Of a stretch of DNA of 64,000 nucleotides, positions 29,411 through 38,600 are shown piece by piece. The notes below the pieces were generated by a model that was given only the letters and a program-made list of their open reading frames with translations, ran no database searches and was not told the origin of the DNA. Numbering within the stretch: position 1 is the stretch's first letter; each line of letters opens with the position of its first letter. This DNA comes from a virus (lineage: Duplodnaviria > Caudoviricetes): IMG/VR virus record IMGVR_UViG_3300030330_006573, positions 96,001-160,000 of that record; one strand, 5' to 3'. Position numbers and translations under genes: made by a program.

Positions 29411-29424
29411 GTGTAATATATTAT
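29410..29424 (+). promoter_or_regulatory. GTGTAW motif (putative phage promoter)
   Basis: AGTGTAATATATTAT upstream of ATG at 29436. Confidence 0.5.
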
Positions 29425-29435
29425 TATACAACTAC

Positions 29436-29696
29436 ATGAAAGAAGACGATTTCAGCTTAGACGAAATACCTAAATTTCAAATACCTTCTAGTTTTTTAGA
29501 GCAACTTTACGAATTTACTGGAAATTCAGAGGGCAGTGCTGGATATGTGTTAAGTTATGTGGATAATAGCGGCAGAGCTTTAGTTTGCTCTAGAAGTAGT
29601 TCCCAAATAGTAGAGATGGGATTAAGGAAAGCTTTAGAAAAATACTTGATTGAACTTGAAGAAGGCGAAATATCTTTCGATATTCCAGAAGAATAA
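29436..29696 (+). CDS. small acidic hypothetical protein
   Basis: 86-aa ORF filling the gap. Confidence 0.65.
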   Translation: MKEDDFSLDEIPKFQIPSSFLEQLYEFTGNSEGSAGYVLSYVDNSGRALVCSRSSSQIVEMGLRKALEKYLIELEEGEISFDIPEE

Positions 29697-29707
29697 CAGT
29701 TAAAGCA

Positions 29708-29736
29708 TTGATTTTTATCTGTTTTCTAATTATGCT
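29708..29736 (+). promoter_or_regulatory. sigma70-like promoter for dnaB, probably leaderless
   Basis: TTGATT-17-TATGCT, then 6 nt to ATG at 29743. Confidence 0.6.
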
Positions 29737-29742
29737 TATTGC

Positions 29743-31263
29743 ATGATTTATAACTACGAACTTGAACAGCATCTTTTAAGCGGCATAATACAACATCCAG
29801 ATTCATTTTTTGAAATCTCTCCGTTCATATCCGAAAAGGATTTTTATTCAGAATCTAGCTTAATAAACAAATCTATATTTTTTGTTTTAAAAAATTCCCT
29901 TGAAAAAGGCGAAACTTTAGACGAGATGTTGATATCTCAAAATATAAAATCATTAGGCATAACTTTTGAAGAGGGTATAGATATACTTGACTACATAAAG
30001 AGTTTATCCATGAGAAAGATGTCAGCAAAGGCTGTCCTTAAAACAGCTCAAGAGTTGAAAAAAGTTAGTATTAGGAGAGAGATAGCATACTCTGGGGTAG
30101 AGTTGACGAAAACAATGAAGAACTCTAAACTAGAATCTTATGATGACATCATATCTGCGGCTGATTCTACTTATCACAAAATTATAGACTTTTATGAGTC
30201 TGGTGACTCTATCCCAGAAAATCTATACGAATCAATGGAGGAATGTATTGAGGAGAGAGGCAATAATCCAATTGATGAGTTTGGATTACCTGGCCCCCAC
30301 CAAAGGATTCAAGAGCTATATGGATCACTTTTAACTCCAGGAAATATATCTGTTGTAGTCGCTAGGTCTGGAATAGGTAAAACTCAGTTTTGTATGGATT
30401 TTTGCACTAAAGTTTCAGCCGCCAATGAGCATATACCCATATTACATTTTGATAATGGAGAAATGAGCAAAGAAGAGTTGACTATGAGGCAATGCGCAGC
30501 TCTGTCAGGGGTTCAATTAAGCCTTCTTCAAACAGGTAGATGGAGACAGGCTGGGGAAGAAACTGTTAACAAAGTGAGATCTACTTGGAAAAAGATAAAA
30601 GGGATGAGATTTTATTATTACAATTGTGGTGGCAAATCAATTGATGAGATGACAAATATATTAAGAAAATTTTATTTTTCAAAAGTGGGTAGGGGCAATC
30701 AGATGATATTTAGTTTTGACTACATTAAAACTACATTTGCATTATCAAATTCCTCTAAGACTGAATGGCAAATTGTTGGCGAAATGGTTGATAAATTCAA
30801 AAAATTAATAATGACAGAGTTAGTTTTTGACGGCAAGCCAGTAGTTTCAATGATGACGAGTGTTCAAATGAATAGATTGGGGACAAGCAGAAATAGATCT
30901 TCAGAAAACATCGTTGAAGACGAAACTGTTGTTTCTCTTTCCGACAGGATTATACAATTTTGCTCAAGCATGTTTATACTTAGAGCAAAGGAGCCCGCAG
31001 AAATAGCTGACCATGCAAATTTTGGAACTCACAAACTTGTATCTTTAAAATCTAGAAATTTAGGGCAAGACCCTCAAAGAGCTATTCAACCAGTAAGAAT
31101 GCTTGATGGTTCACTTAAGAGTAATTTTATTAATTTAGACTTTAATAACTTTAATATAACCGAAAGGGGCGATTTAGTTGATCTTGTTGAGCATTTAAGG
31201 GTAGAGGGCTTCTCTCCAGAAGAAGATGGCGATTCTAACCTTCCAGGCTTATTTAATGAATAG
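29743..31263 (+). CDS. dnaB: replicative DNA helicase
   Basis: N-terminal ELEQHLLSGII, Walker A ARSGIGKT, NGEM, FDYIK, QMNR, KSRN. Confidence 0.85.
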   Translation: MIYNYELEQHLLSGIIQHPDSFFEISPFISEKDFYSESSLINKSIFFVLKNSLEKGETLDEMLISQNIKSLGITFEEGIDILDYIKSLSMRKMSAKAVLKTAQELKKVSIRREIAYSGVELTKTMKNSKLESYDDIISAADSTYHKIIDFYESGDSIPENLYESMEECIEERGNNPIDEFGLPGPHQRIQELYGSLLTPGNISVVVARSGIGKTQFCMDFCTKVSAANEHIPILHFDNGEMSKEELTMRQCAALSGVQLSLLQTGRWRQAGEETVNKVRSTWKKIKGMRFYYYNCGGKSIDEMTNILRKFYFSKVGRGNQMIFSFDYIKTTFALSNSSKTEWQIVGEMVDKFKKLIMTELVFDGKPVVSMMTSVQMNRLGTSRNRSSENIVEDETVVSLSDRIIQFCSSMFILRAKEPAEIADHANFGTHKLVSLKSRNLGQDPQRAIQPVRMLDGSLKSNFINLDFNNFNITERGDLVDLVEHLRVEGFSPEEDGDSNLPGLFNE

Positions 31264-32290
31264 CTCAAAAATAGAGGAAGTATTGACTTCTCTTGGTTAT
31301 AAATTAACTGACAGAGGATCTTATTGGCAAACCTCTGCAATTTACAGAAACGGAGACAATAATACAGCCCTTCAAATTTATAAAGATACTGGGGTATGGA
31401 AAGATTATGTTGAGCAGACTCCTTATATGACCTTCGAAAAGCTTTTAAAAGTTACCTTAAAAACTAACGACGAGGAAGTCATAGGAAATTATATTAAAGA
31501 GGAAGATCCTTTTGAGTTTACAAATTTAAAATCTACAGAGAAGATAACTATGGAAAAAACATACCCAGAAAGCTGCTTAGATAGACTTCTACCTCACTAC
31601 AAGTTCTATAACGATAGAAACATCAGCTCATCAACTTTGAAGCTTTTTAAAGGCGGCTATGCAACCGAAGGCAAAATGCTAAAAAGATTTGTCTTTCCAA
31701 TATATAACTTAGACGACAAAATTCATGGATTTTCTGGTAGAGATATGACAAATTCGTCACAAAGGCCGAAATGGAAGCATATTGGAATAAAATCAAAATG
31801 GATTTATCCTCATAAATTATCTAGAGAAAGCATAGACAGCGAAGGCGAAGTTTTTTTAGTAGAGAGTATAGGAGATGTGTTAAGTTTATTTGAAAATAAT
31901 CATAGAAATGTCTTATGTACTTTTGGTCTTGAGATTTCTCCATCTTTAATTTCTTATATCGTAGGCTTAAACCCAAGTAAAATTTATATTTCGTTTAACA
32001 ATGATTCAAAATCAGAAAATAATGCTGGATTAATTTCAGCCTTAAAGAATTTTATAAAACTTCAATCTTTTTTTGATAATGAAAAAATATTTATACATCT
32101 TCCTACTAAAAATGATTTTGGAGAAATGAATTTTGATGATATTTCAGACTGGCATAAAAACCGTTTAAATATAGAAAAAAATCATCACGACTTTACTATA
32201 ATTAATAATATTTCAAAAATACTGGAAAAGAAATCTTACCCAGAAGTTTTTTTGAAAAAATTTAAAAAATTTAAAAAAAATCATGGGTGA
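31256..32290 (+). CDS. dnaG: DNA primase (TOPRIM)
   Basis: RFVFPI..GFSGR..PKWK, FLVESIGD, FNND, NDFGE. ATG at 31256 preferred. Confidence 0.8.
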   Translation: MNSSKIEEVLTSLGYKLTDRGSYWQTSAIYRNGDNNTALQIYKDTGVWKDYVEQTPYMTFEKLLKVTLKTNDEEVIGNYIKEEDPFEFTNLKSTEKITMEKTYPESCLDRLLPHYKFYNDRNISSSTLKLFKGGYATEGKMLKRFVFPIYNLDDKIHGFSGRDMTNSSQRPKWKHIGIKSKWIYPHKLSRESIDSEGEVFLVESIGDVLSLFENNHRNVLCTFGLEISPSLISYIVGLNPSKIYISFNNDSKSENNAGLISALKNFIKLQSFFDNEKIFIHLPTKNDFGEMNFDDISDWHKNRLNIEKNHHDFTIINNISKILEKKSYPEVFLKKFKKFKKNHG

Positions 32291-33350
32291 CATATTTCTT
32301 TCAGCTAGCAAAATCAAACAAGCCCAAAGCTGTAGCTGGAAGTATTGGTGCTCTTATGAGCTAAAACTTCCCCAAAAAGGTAACGACGGATCAAGTAGAG
32401 GTTCGGTATGCCACTTAGTATACGAATTACTTGGCAAAGATAGGCATAGAAAGCATTATAATAAAATTATCACTAGTGGCACTATACATGGCTCTAGGGC
32501 TGTTTTAAAGCTAGTTGAACATCATGCATCAAAACTAAACGTTTCTGATGAAGAAAACATGGAAATGATCGATATGATGATAGTTCAAGGTCTACTATAT
32601 GATTTTTTTGGAGATTCAAAAGAAAAACCTAGCGATGATATTTCAGAAAAAGAATTTAATTTAAAAATTGACGAAGAAGGTAAAAAATATAATATAAGAG
32701 GTTTTATAGATAAATTATTTTTATACTCTAAAAATAAAAAAGCATTAATTAGAGATTTTAAAACAAGCAAGCAAGTATATAAAGGCAAAGAAATATCTGA
32801 CAATTTGCAAAATTTAATGTATTGCTTGGCAGTAAAGAAACTCTACCCAAAGTATTCTGATATATTAGTTGAGTTTGTTTTTGTTAAATTTGACCTTGAA
32901 GAAGACCTTTTAGGAAATCCTGGAGAAGGAGTTCTAAAAATGGAAAAAATTTCCGACAATGAGCTAGAGGGGTTCGAATACCAATTAAGTTCCATTCAAA
33001 ACTATTTAGAAAACTTTGATGAAGAAGAAGCTATTTCTAATTTCGCAGCAAATCAAGATTATCCTAAGGATGGTACATTCGGCGGCCCCCTTATGTGTGG
33101 CAAACAAGGCTACAAAAAGTCAAGAGGCAAGCATATAAAAGATTCTAAAGGTAATTTAATACCTAACTACATATGTGAATATAGAAATTCTTTTGATTAT
33201 TATGCTATGTATGACGATAAAGGAAAACTTGTAAAATGTTATTATTCCGAAGAAGATGCTCCTGATTTAAAGGATGGATTTAAATTAGAAAAAAAATCCT
33301 ACGAGGGATGTCCACACTTTCAACAAAAAGAAAACGCTTTTTTAGTGTAA
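32283..33350 (+). CDS. Cas4/AddB-like PD-(D/E)XK exonuclease
   Basis: LSASK..C, GSVCH, RGFID, IRDFKTS, QNLMY, C-terminal Cys residues. Confidence 0.75.
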   Translation: MGDIFLSASKIKQAQSCSWKYWCSYELKLPQKGNDGSSRGSVCHLVYELLGKDRHRKHYNKIITSGTIHGSRAVLKLVEHHASKLNVSDEENMEMIDMMIVQGLLYDFFGDSKEKPSDDISEKEFNLKIDEEGKKYNIRGFIDKLFLYSKNKKALIRDFKTSKQVYKGKEISDNLQNLMYCLAVKKLYPKYSDILVEFVFVKFDLEEDLLGNPGEGVLKMEKISDNELEGFEYQLSSIQNYLENFDEEEAISNFAANQDYPKDGTFGGPLMCGKQGYKKSRGKHIKDSKGNLIPNYICEYRNSFDYYAMYDDKGKLVKCYYSEEDAPDLKDGFKLEKKSYEGCPHFQQKENAFLV

Positions 33351-33359
33351 TACATAAAT
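33344..33359 (+). promoter_or_regulatory. GTGTAW motif (putative phage promoter)
   Basis: AGTGTAATACATAAAT directly before ATG at 33360. Confidence 0.5.
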
Positions 33360-33479
33360 ATGTCAGTCCACAAAAAAAATGATCCCGCTTCAGGAAAACC
33401 TAAATTATTTTTTATTAAAGGTAATTTACTTTTAAAAAAAACAGTTAATAATATTAGATTTTTTACGAAAGAAAATTAA
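33360..33479 (+). CDS. 39-aa basic micro-protein (not in ORF track)
   Basis: MSVHKKNDPASGKPKLFFIKGNLLLKKTVNNIRFFTKEN*; preceded by the GTGTA motif at the usual 16-nt spacing. Confidence 0.4.
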   Translation: MSVHKKNDPASGKPKLFFIKGNLLLKKTVNNIRFFTKEN

Positions 33480-34603
33480 ATATTTCCGAATTTTCCTCCA
33501 CCACATGTTGTCTTCCTTGTATCTCTTGGAAGATTTCTAACTCCACAGTTTGGCAAATTCATACCCCTTCTCTTTGTAGGAGTTGTTCCTCTTGTAGTAT
33601 TAGTTTTGTTTTTCGGAAAGCTTTTATAATTAACTGGGACATTAGCTTCAAATGATGTATTTGAATCATTATCATTAGTTGGAACATATGTTCCATCTTC
33701 GTTTTTAACATAAATAACAGAGTTTCTATGATCATTCCTTGGAACCCTTGGCTCCCCTATGCAAATTGCAGGAGTAGGTTTCTTGCCCATGTTTTTTGTA
33801 TGGTAATTTTTGGGTGGTGCTATTGCTGCAACTACAGGATTTGTATTAGCACTTTCTTCAAATGGGTATGTATAATAAATTCCTTTTGTTCTACATCCTT
33901 CTATCGTAAACCTAAATCCACTTTTAGGCACAATATATCCAGTCCTATTAAACAGATAATAATCTACATTATTAAATTCATTTCCATCTTCATCTATAGT
34001 GCTTACTCCAAAATCAAATAACATATTATTTTCGAATTTGTCTATTCTACTATCATATCCAGATCTTCCAGATAGATAATCTGCAACACCAGAATCTAAA
34101 GTTATCACAAAGGCTCCAGTGTTATCTGGCTGTATAGTTATAGGCAAGTAACAATCTGGATTATCTGTAATATACATTGATGTAAAATCTTTTCCAGATC
34201 CAATTATAAGACCATTTTCATTTAACTCTTGAGCTTGAGATGCTCCAGTTATTTCTCTATACATTCTTTCTTCTGGTAGATATTCTCCAGTGTCATATGA
34301 ATTAACAACTTCGTATTCTACAGAAACAATGTGTCCAGTTTCTGGAGTTCCCTCTGGGTTATATGCAAAACCAGATTCATATTCTGATGGAACTGCATCT
34401 GTTCTTATTACAAAATCCACCTCTACAGCAGCTAAATTCCAAAAATTATTAACAGCGACTTCTCTATTTAAAGTCCCAGTAGTTATTCCACTTTCTTGAG
34501 CAAGAAATGCTGGTTTTTCAGATAGGTTAAAAGGAAATCCATTCAGAGCCCCTATAGTTGAAAACTTATCTGCATCGTAATAGTATTCTTCTGCGTATGC
34601 CAT
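33476..34603 (-). CDS. hypothetical protein (acidic N-terminal part, basic C-terminal tail; possibly structural)
   Basis: 375-aa ORF with upstream GTGTA motif. Confidence 0.7.
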   Translation of the reverse strand: MAYAEEYYYDADKFSTIGALNGFPFNLSEKPAFLAQESGITTGTLNREVAVNNFWNLAAVEVDFVIRTDAVPSEYESGFAYNPEGTPETGHIVSVEYEVVNSYDTGEYLPEERMYREITGASQAQELNENGLIIGSGKDFTSMYITDNPDCYLPITIQPDNTGAFVITLDSGVADYLSGRSGYDSRIDKFENNMLFDFGVSTIDEDGNEFNNVDYYLFNRTGYIVPKSGFRFTIEGCRTKGIYYTYPFEESANTNPVVAAIAPPKNYHTKNMGKKPTPAICIGEPRVPRNDHRNSVIYVKNEDGTYVPTNDNDSNTSFEANVPVNYKSFPKNKTNTTRGTTPTKRRGMNLPNCGVRNLPRDTRKTTCGGGKFGNI

Positions 34604-34620
34604 GTAAAATATATTACACT
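34604..34620 (-). promoter_or_regulatory. GTGTAW motif (putative phage promoter)
   Basis: Minus strand AGTGTAATATATTTTAC directly before ATG at 34603. Confidence 0.55.
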
Positions 34621-34631
34621 TAAAAAATATT

Positions 34632-34647
34632 AGTGTATATATTATAT
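34632..34647 (+). promoter_or_regulatory. GTGTAW motif (putative phage promoter), divergent partner
   Basis: AGTGTATATATTATAT directly before ATG at 34648. Confidence 0.55.
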
Positions 34648-36021
34648 ATGAAAGTTTTAAATATTCTATTGCTTATATCCGCCCTAGGGCTTTCCTCAGT
34701 TGCTGCTTTCTTCAGTATTATCGGCATATCTATAATGTTTCCAGGTGCAGTTATGTCTGTTGTTGTTATGGCTGTTGCTCTTGAGGTTGCGAAAATAATT
34801 AGTGCAGTTTGGACTCATAAAAACTGGCATAATGTTTCTCTTTTTTCAAAGAGTTATTTATCTTTTGCCATAATAGTCTTAATGCTTATTACCAGCATGG
34901 GTATATTTGGCTTTTTGAGCAAGGCTCACATCGAACATCAAAGTGTTTCTGAATCAAATCAAATGCAGATGTCTCAAATAGAGTCAAAGATTCAAAGAGA
35001 AGAAGAGTCGATATCTAGAAATAATGATCTTATCGCAAAAATCGAAGAATCTTTTGCATCTAAAGAAGACAAGGATCAAGACAATATAAAATTAAATAAT
35101 GAAAAAATAAGCTCTATCTACGATAGAATGGAGAAAGATATTAAGATAGACAATGAAGGAATTTCTTCCTTGAAGTCGAGGCTTTCAGAGCTAGACTCTC
35201 AACTTAATGCCGTTAGAGCTGAAAAGGGAGGTCTTTTTTCAAATGTTGGAAAAAAAATAAAAGATTTAGAGATTTCCCAATCTGATGAGCGGAACAGTAT
35301 ACAGGAAAAAATTGATGCTTATACTGAAAATATATCTTATCTTAGGAAAAAAGCAGAGGGCGAAGTCGATTCTTTAAGAAGTCAAATTGAAAATTATCAA
35401 AACAAAGAATACAATGAAAGCGGATCTAATCTCGAAGAAATTGAAGGCTATAAACGTTTAATTTCTGCTTCTTATGAAAATATAGATCAATTAAATTTAA
35501 AAAAGTTTGATCTATCCAATCAAAATCTAAGCCTTGAAACTGAAGTTGGACCTGTAAAGTATGTAGCAGAACTCATAGCAGATACAACTGGTTCAGAGGT
35601 TGATCTTTCAGATGCAGTAAGAATTATCATTATAGTTATAATTTTTGTATTTGATCCTTTGGCGATCATGATGATAGTTTGTGCTACATCTGGATTTTTC
35701 ACTTCTCCTGTTGTAAAAAAAAAGATAGACCCTCCCTCTGACCCAGAGCCCGAACCAGAGCCTGAGCCCGAACCAGAGCCTGAGCCCGAACCAGAGCCTG
35801 AGCCCGAACCAGAGCCTGAGCCAGAGGCCAAAAAGCAAGAAACTCCTCCCCCACCTCCGCCTCCGTATAATAGAGAGGGCAATCCACCAAAAGAAAAAGC
35901 TAAAAATGTAGTTAATATTGTAAAATCTACTCCTATTATTCATCAAAAACCAAAAAAAGAGAGGCCCAAGCGAGATAAGTTGGGGAATGAGTACAAATAC
36001 AGAAGACATATAATCACATAA
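34648..36021 (+). CDS. membrane protein: 3 TM helices, long coiled coil, TM helix, (PE)n tail
   Basis: SMGIFGFLSKAH, EVGPVKYVAEL and IIFVFDPLA resemble a membrane family seen in large phages. ATG at 34648 preferred over GTG at 34633. Confidence 0.75.
   Translation: MKVLNILLLISALGLSSVAAFFSIIGISIMFPGAVMSVVVMAVALEVAKIISAVWTHKNWHNVSLFSKSYLSFAIIVLMLITSMGIFGFLSKAHIEHQSVSESNQMQMSQIESKIQREEESISRNNDLIAKIEESFASKEDKDQDNIKLNNEKISSIYDRMEKDIKIDNEGISSLKSRLSELDSQLNAVRAEKGGLFSNVGKKIKDLEISQSDERNSIQEKIDAYTENISYLRKKAEGEVDSLRSQIENYQNKEYNESGSNLEEIEGYKRLISASYENIDQLNLKKFDLSNQNLSLETEVGPVKYVAELIADTTGSEVDLSDAVRIIIIVIIFVFDPLAIMMIVCATSGFFTSPVVKKKIDPPSDPEPEPEPEPEPEPEPEPEPEPEPEPEPEAKKQETPPPPPPPYNREGNPPKEKAKNVVNIVKSTPIIHQKPKKERPKRDKLGNEYKYRRHIIT
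35749..35820 (+). repeat. 18-bp tandem repeat x4 encoding (PE)n
   Basis: CCCGAACCAGAGCCTGAG, four exact copies, flanked by CCAGAG. Confidence 0.92.
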
Positions 36022-36027
36022 ACTCAC

Positions 36028-36057
36028 TTGAGTAAATGATACTTGGAGCATTATATT
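36028..36057 (+). promoter_or_regulatory. sigma70-like promoter, probably leaderless
   Basis: TTGAGT-18-TATATT, then 6 nt to ATG at 36064. Confidence 0.4.
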
Positions 36058-36063
36058 ATATGA

Positions 36064-36834
36064 ATGCTTCCAATCTTTAAATCCGACTTTTCTATAGGAA
36101 AAAGTATATTAACTCTAGATCTTCCCAAGCCAGAAGAGGATCTTGAATCTTCTGATAGTATATTCAGCATAGCTGTTGAGAACAAACTCAGTAAGGTAGT
36201 ATTAGTAGAAGACTCTTTAACTGGTTTTTTGGAGGCTTTTAAAAATTCTAAATCACTTGGAATAGAATTAATATTTGGACTTAGAATAACCATTTGCAAC
36301 GACTCTTCGATTGACCCCAAAACAGACAAAGGGGAGAGCGACAACAAAGTTATCATCTTTGCAAAAAATAATAAAGGTTGCAAACTTCTTAACAAAATTT
36401 ATAGTACAGCATTCACAAAGGGTAATGGGAGATTGGATTATGATGTATTATCTAAGTTATTTACTAGTGATTTAGATTTAGTCATTCCCTTCTACGATTC
36501 TTTTATATTTAACAACACCCTCTTTTTTAAGAGCTGTATTCCAAATTTCTCTTTTTGCGACCCAAAGTTTTTAATAGAAAGGAATAATTTACCCTTTGAT
36601 TCTTTAATAGAGGAAAAGGTAAAATCTTATTGCGATAAAAATGATCTAAACTATATTGAAGGTAAAAGTATTTATTATAAAAATAGGGAAGATTTTCAAT
36701 CCTATCAATCTTATAAATGTATATGTAGTAGAAGTTTTTCTTCTAGGTCAAGCACTTTAGATAAGCCGAACCTAGACCATTGTGCAAGTAGTGAATTTTC
36801 ATTTGAAAGTTATTTAGAATCATGCGGTACTTAA
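36064..36834 (+). CDS. stand-alone PHP domain of DNA polymerase III alpha
   Basis: FKSDFSIGKSIL, LVEDSLTG, LIFGLRI, IIFAKNNKGCKLLNKIYS match the DnaE N-terminal PHP layout; metal-binding His residues absent. Confidence 0.7.
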   Translation: MLPIFKSDFSIGKSILTLDLPKPEEDLESSDSIFSIAVENKLSKVVLVEDSLTGFLEAFKNSKSLGIELIFGLRITICNDSSIDPKTDKGESDNKVIIFAKNNKGCKLLNKIYSTAFTKGNGRLDYDVLSKLFTSDLDLVIPFYDSFIFNNTLFFKSCIPNFSFCDPKFLIERNNLPFDSLIEEKVKSYCDKNDLNYIEGKSIYYKNREDFQSYQSYKCICSRSFSSRSSTLDKPNLDHCASSEFSFESYLESCGT

Positions 36835-37799
36835 AATATTCAGATATAGATTTAGTTCCTAACTATAGCGAGCTTTACAGCAGGGTAGATGCTGACCCTA
36901 GTGTTAATTTCTTGGGTAAAAAGTTTATGCTACCAATTATTCCTGCCAATATGAAGTCGGTTATAGATATGCATCTCGCAAGGTGGATGAGCGAGAATGA
37001 TTATTTTTATATCATGCATAGATTTGACAGTCATTTAGCTGATGATATAGGGCTAGCAAACTCCGAAGACTGGAAGACTATATCTTTTAGTGTGGGAGTA
37101 AAGATGCAAGATAAGATTCATGTTATGAATATTGGTAAAAGCTCTAATCTGAGAGTAGACTTTTTAACTATTGATATTGCCCATGGTCATTGCGACAGAA
37201 TGAAGGCAATGATAGAACATATTAAAAAATGGCTACCCGAAACAAAAATTATTGCAGGTAATGTAGCAACAGATCAAGCAGTCAGAGATTTATCTGATTG
37301 GGGAGCAGATGCCGTAAAAGTCGGAATAGGTCAAGGCTCTCCATGCACGACTAAGTATAAGACTGGATTTACTATGCCCATGTTTAGTTGTGTCAAAAAA
37401 TGCAGCAATCTAACTTCTGGGTCATGGGAAGACAATTCATCTGAAGAAATCCCTATTATTGCAGACGGAGGTATAAAACACAATGGCGATATAGCTAAAG
37501 CTCTTGTGGCTGGAGCTACTATGGTTATGGCTGGCGGAATGTTTGCGTCTTGTAGCGATAGTCCAGCAGCTTCTAGCAGTATAGGGGATGTGCATCATAA
37601 GGCTTATTTTGGCTCTGCTAGTGCAGAAAACAAAGGTCACAACAATAATATTGAGGGTAAGCTAACTAATATTCCCTGCAATAACATGACTGTTGGTCAA
37701 AAAATGATTGAAATAACACAAGACTTGCAAAGCTCAATATCTTATGCTGGAGGTAAAGATGTTGATTGTTTTAAAAATGTTGATTATATTGAAGTATGA
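36822..37799 (+). CDS. guaC: GMP reductase
   Basis: PIIPANM, YIMHRF, TIDIAHGH, IAGNVAT, KVGIGQGSPCTT, IIADGGI, DLQSSISYAGG. Confidence 0.9.
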   Translation: MRYLKYSDIDLVPNYSELYSRVDADPSVNFLGKKFMLPIIPANMKSVIDMHLARWMSENDYFYIMHRFDSHLADDIGLANSEDWKTISFSVGVKMQDKIHVMNIGKSSNLRVDFLTIDIAHGHCDRMKAMIEHIKKWLPETKIIAGNVATDQAVRDLSDWGADAVKVGIGQGSPCTTKYKTGFTMPMFSCVKKCSNLTSGSWEDNSSEEIPIIADGGIKHNGDIAKALVAGATMVMAGGMFASCSDSPAASSSIGDVHHKAYFGSASAENKGHNNNIEGKLTNIPCNNMTVGQKMIEITQDLQSSISYAGGKDVDCFKNVDYIEV

Positions 37800-37966
37800 A
37801 CAAGAAAAAAATAGCACAAATCAAAAAAATTATAAACTACGACAGCTCAGTCCCAGAACACAAAAGACTTCTTAGAAGATTAAAAAAAGAGTATCAAAAA
37901 CTTCCCAAAGGCTCTAAGGTTAACTTGCTCGAAGATTTAAGGAGGACTTTCAACAAGGATGAATGA
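37796..37966 (+). CDS. 56-aa basic hypothetical protein (not in ORF track)
   Basis: MNKKKIAQIKKIINYDSSVPEHKRLLRRLKKEYQKLPKGSKVNLLEDLRRTFNKDE*; ATGA overlap with guaC and exactly fills the gap. Confidence 0.65.
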   Translation: MNKKKIAQIKKIINYDSSVPEHKRLLRRLKKEYQKLPKGSKVNLLEDLRRTFNKDE

Positions 37967-38600
37967 AGATCTCTTAAGATTTAAAAAGAAACAAAAATAC
38001 CTAGTTTTTGACTTCGAGACATGCAATCTAAATTTAGAATCTCTAGACAATAAGCCTTGGCAATTAGGATTCATAACATGCCAAGGAACCACAATTCTAG
38101 ATAAAAAAGATTTCTATATTTCTTGGGGCGATCTAAATATTTCAAAAGATGCAGCAAGAATAACTGGATTTTCTAAATCAAAGTATAATAAAGGTAAAAA
38201 AGATGCTTCGCTAGTTCTCAAAGAATTTGAGAAATATCTTTATGATAGCAATTATCTCATCCTAGGTCATAATGTGCTTGGATTTGATGTTTATATTCAC
38301 AATATTTACAGAAGGTTGTTGAAAAAAAACGCTGATTACAGTTATGTTAACAGAATAATAGATACTAATTGTATAGCTAGATCTATAAAAAATAATATAC
38401 CATTCCCTTCGGGTTCTAAATTAATTGATTGGCAATATAAGCTATTGCATCACCGCACTAGGGGTGTAAAAACAAATTTAAAACAACTCTGCAAGGATTA
38501 CGATATAGAGTTTGACGAATCAAAACTTCACGAAGCTTTATATGATGTAGAAAAAACCTTTGAGGTTTATAAAAAAATGTTATGGCAAGTAGAAATATAG
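37959..38600 (+). CDS. DEDDh 3'-5' exonuclease (DnaQ/PolC exo-like)
   Basis: VFDFET, GHNVLGFD, IIDT, LHEALYDV. Confidence 0.88.
   Translation: MNEDLLRFKKKQKYLVFDFETCNLNLESLDNKPWQLGFITCQGTTILDKKDFYISWGDLNISKDAARITGFSKSKYNKGKKDASLVLKEFEKYLYDSNYLILGHNVLGFDVYIHNIYRRLLKKNADYSYVNRIIDTNCIARSIKNNIPFPSGSKLIDWQYKLLHHRTRGVKTNLKQLCKDYDIEFDESKLHEALYDVEKTFEVYKKMLWQVEI

Noticed and set aside
35520-36395. Minus-strand ORFs with GS, LRLWFG or AQALVR repeats
   Set aside because: They are antisense readings of the 18-bp PE repeat and of the PHP gene.
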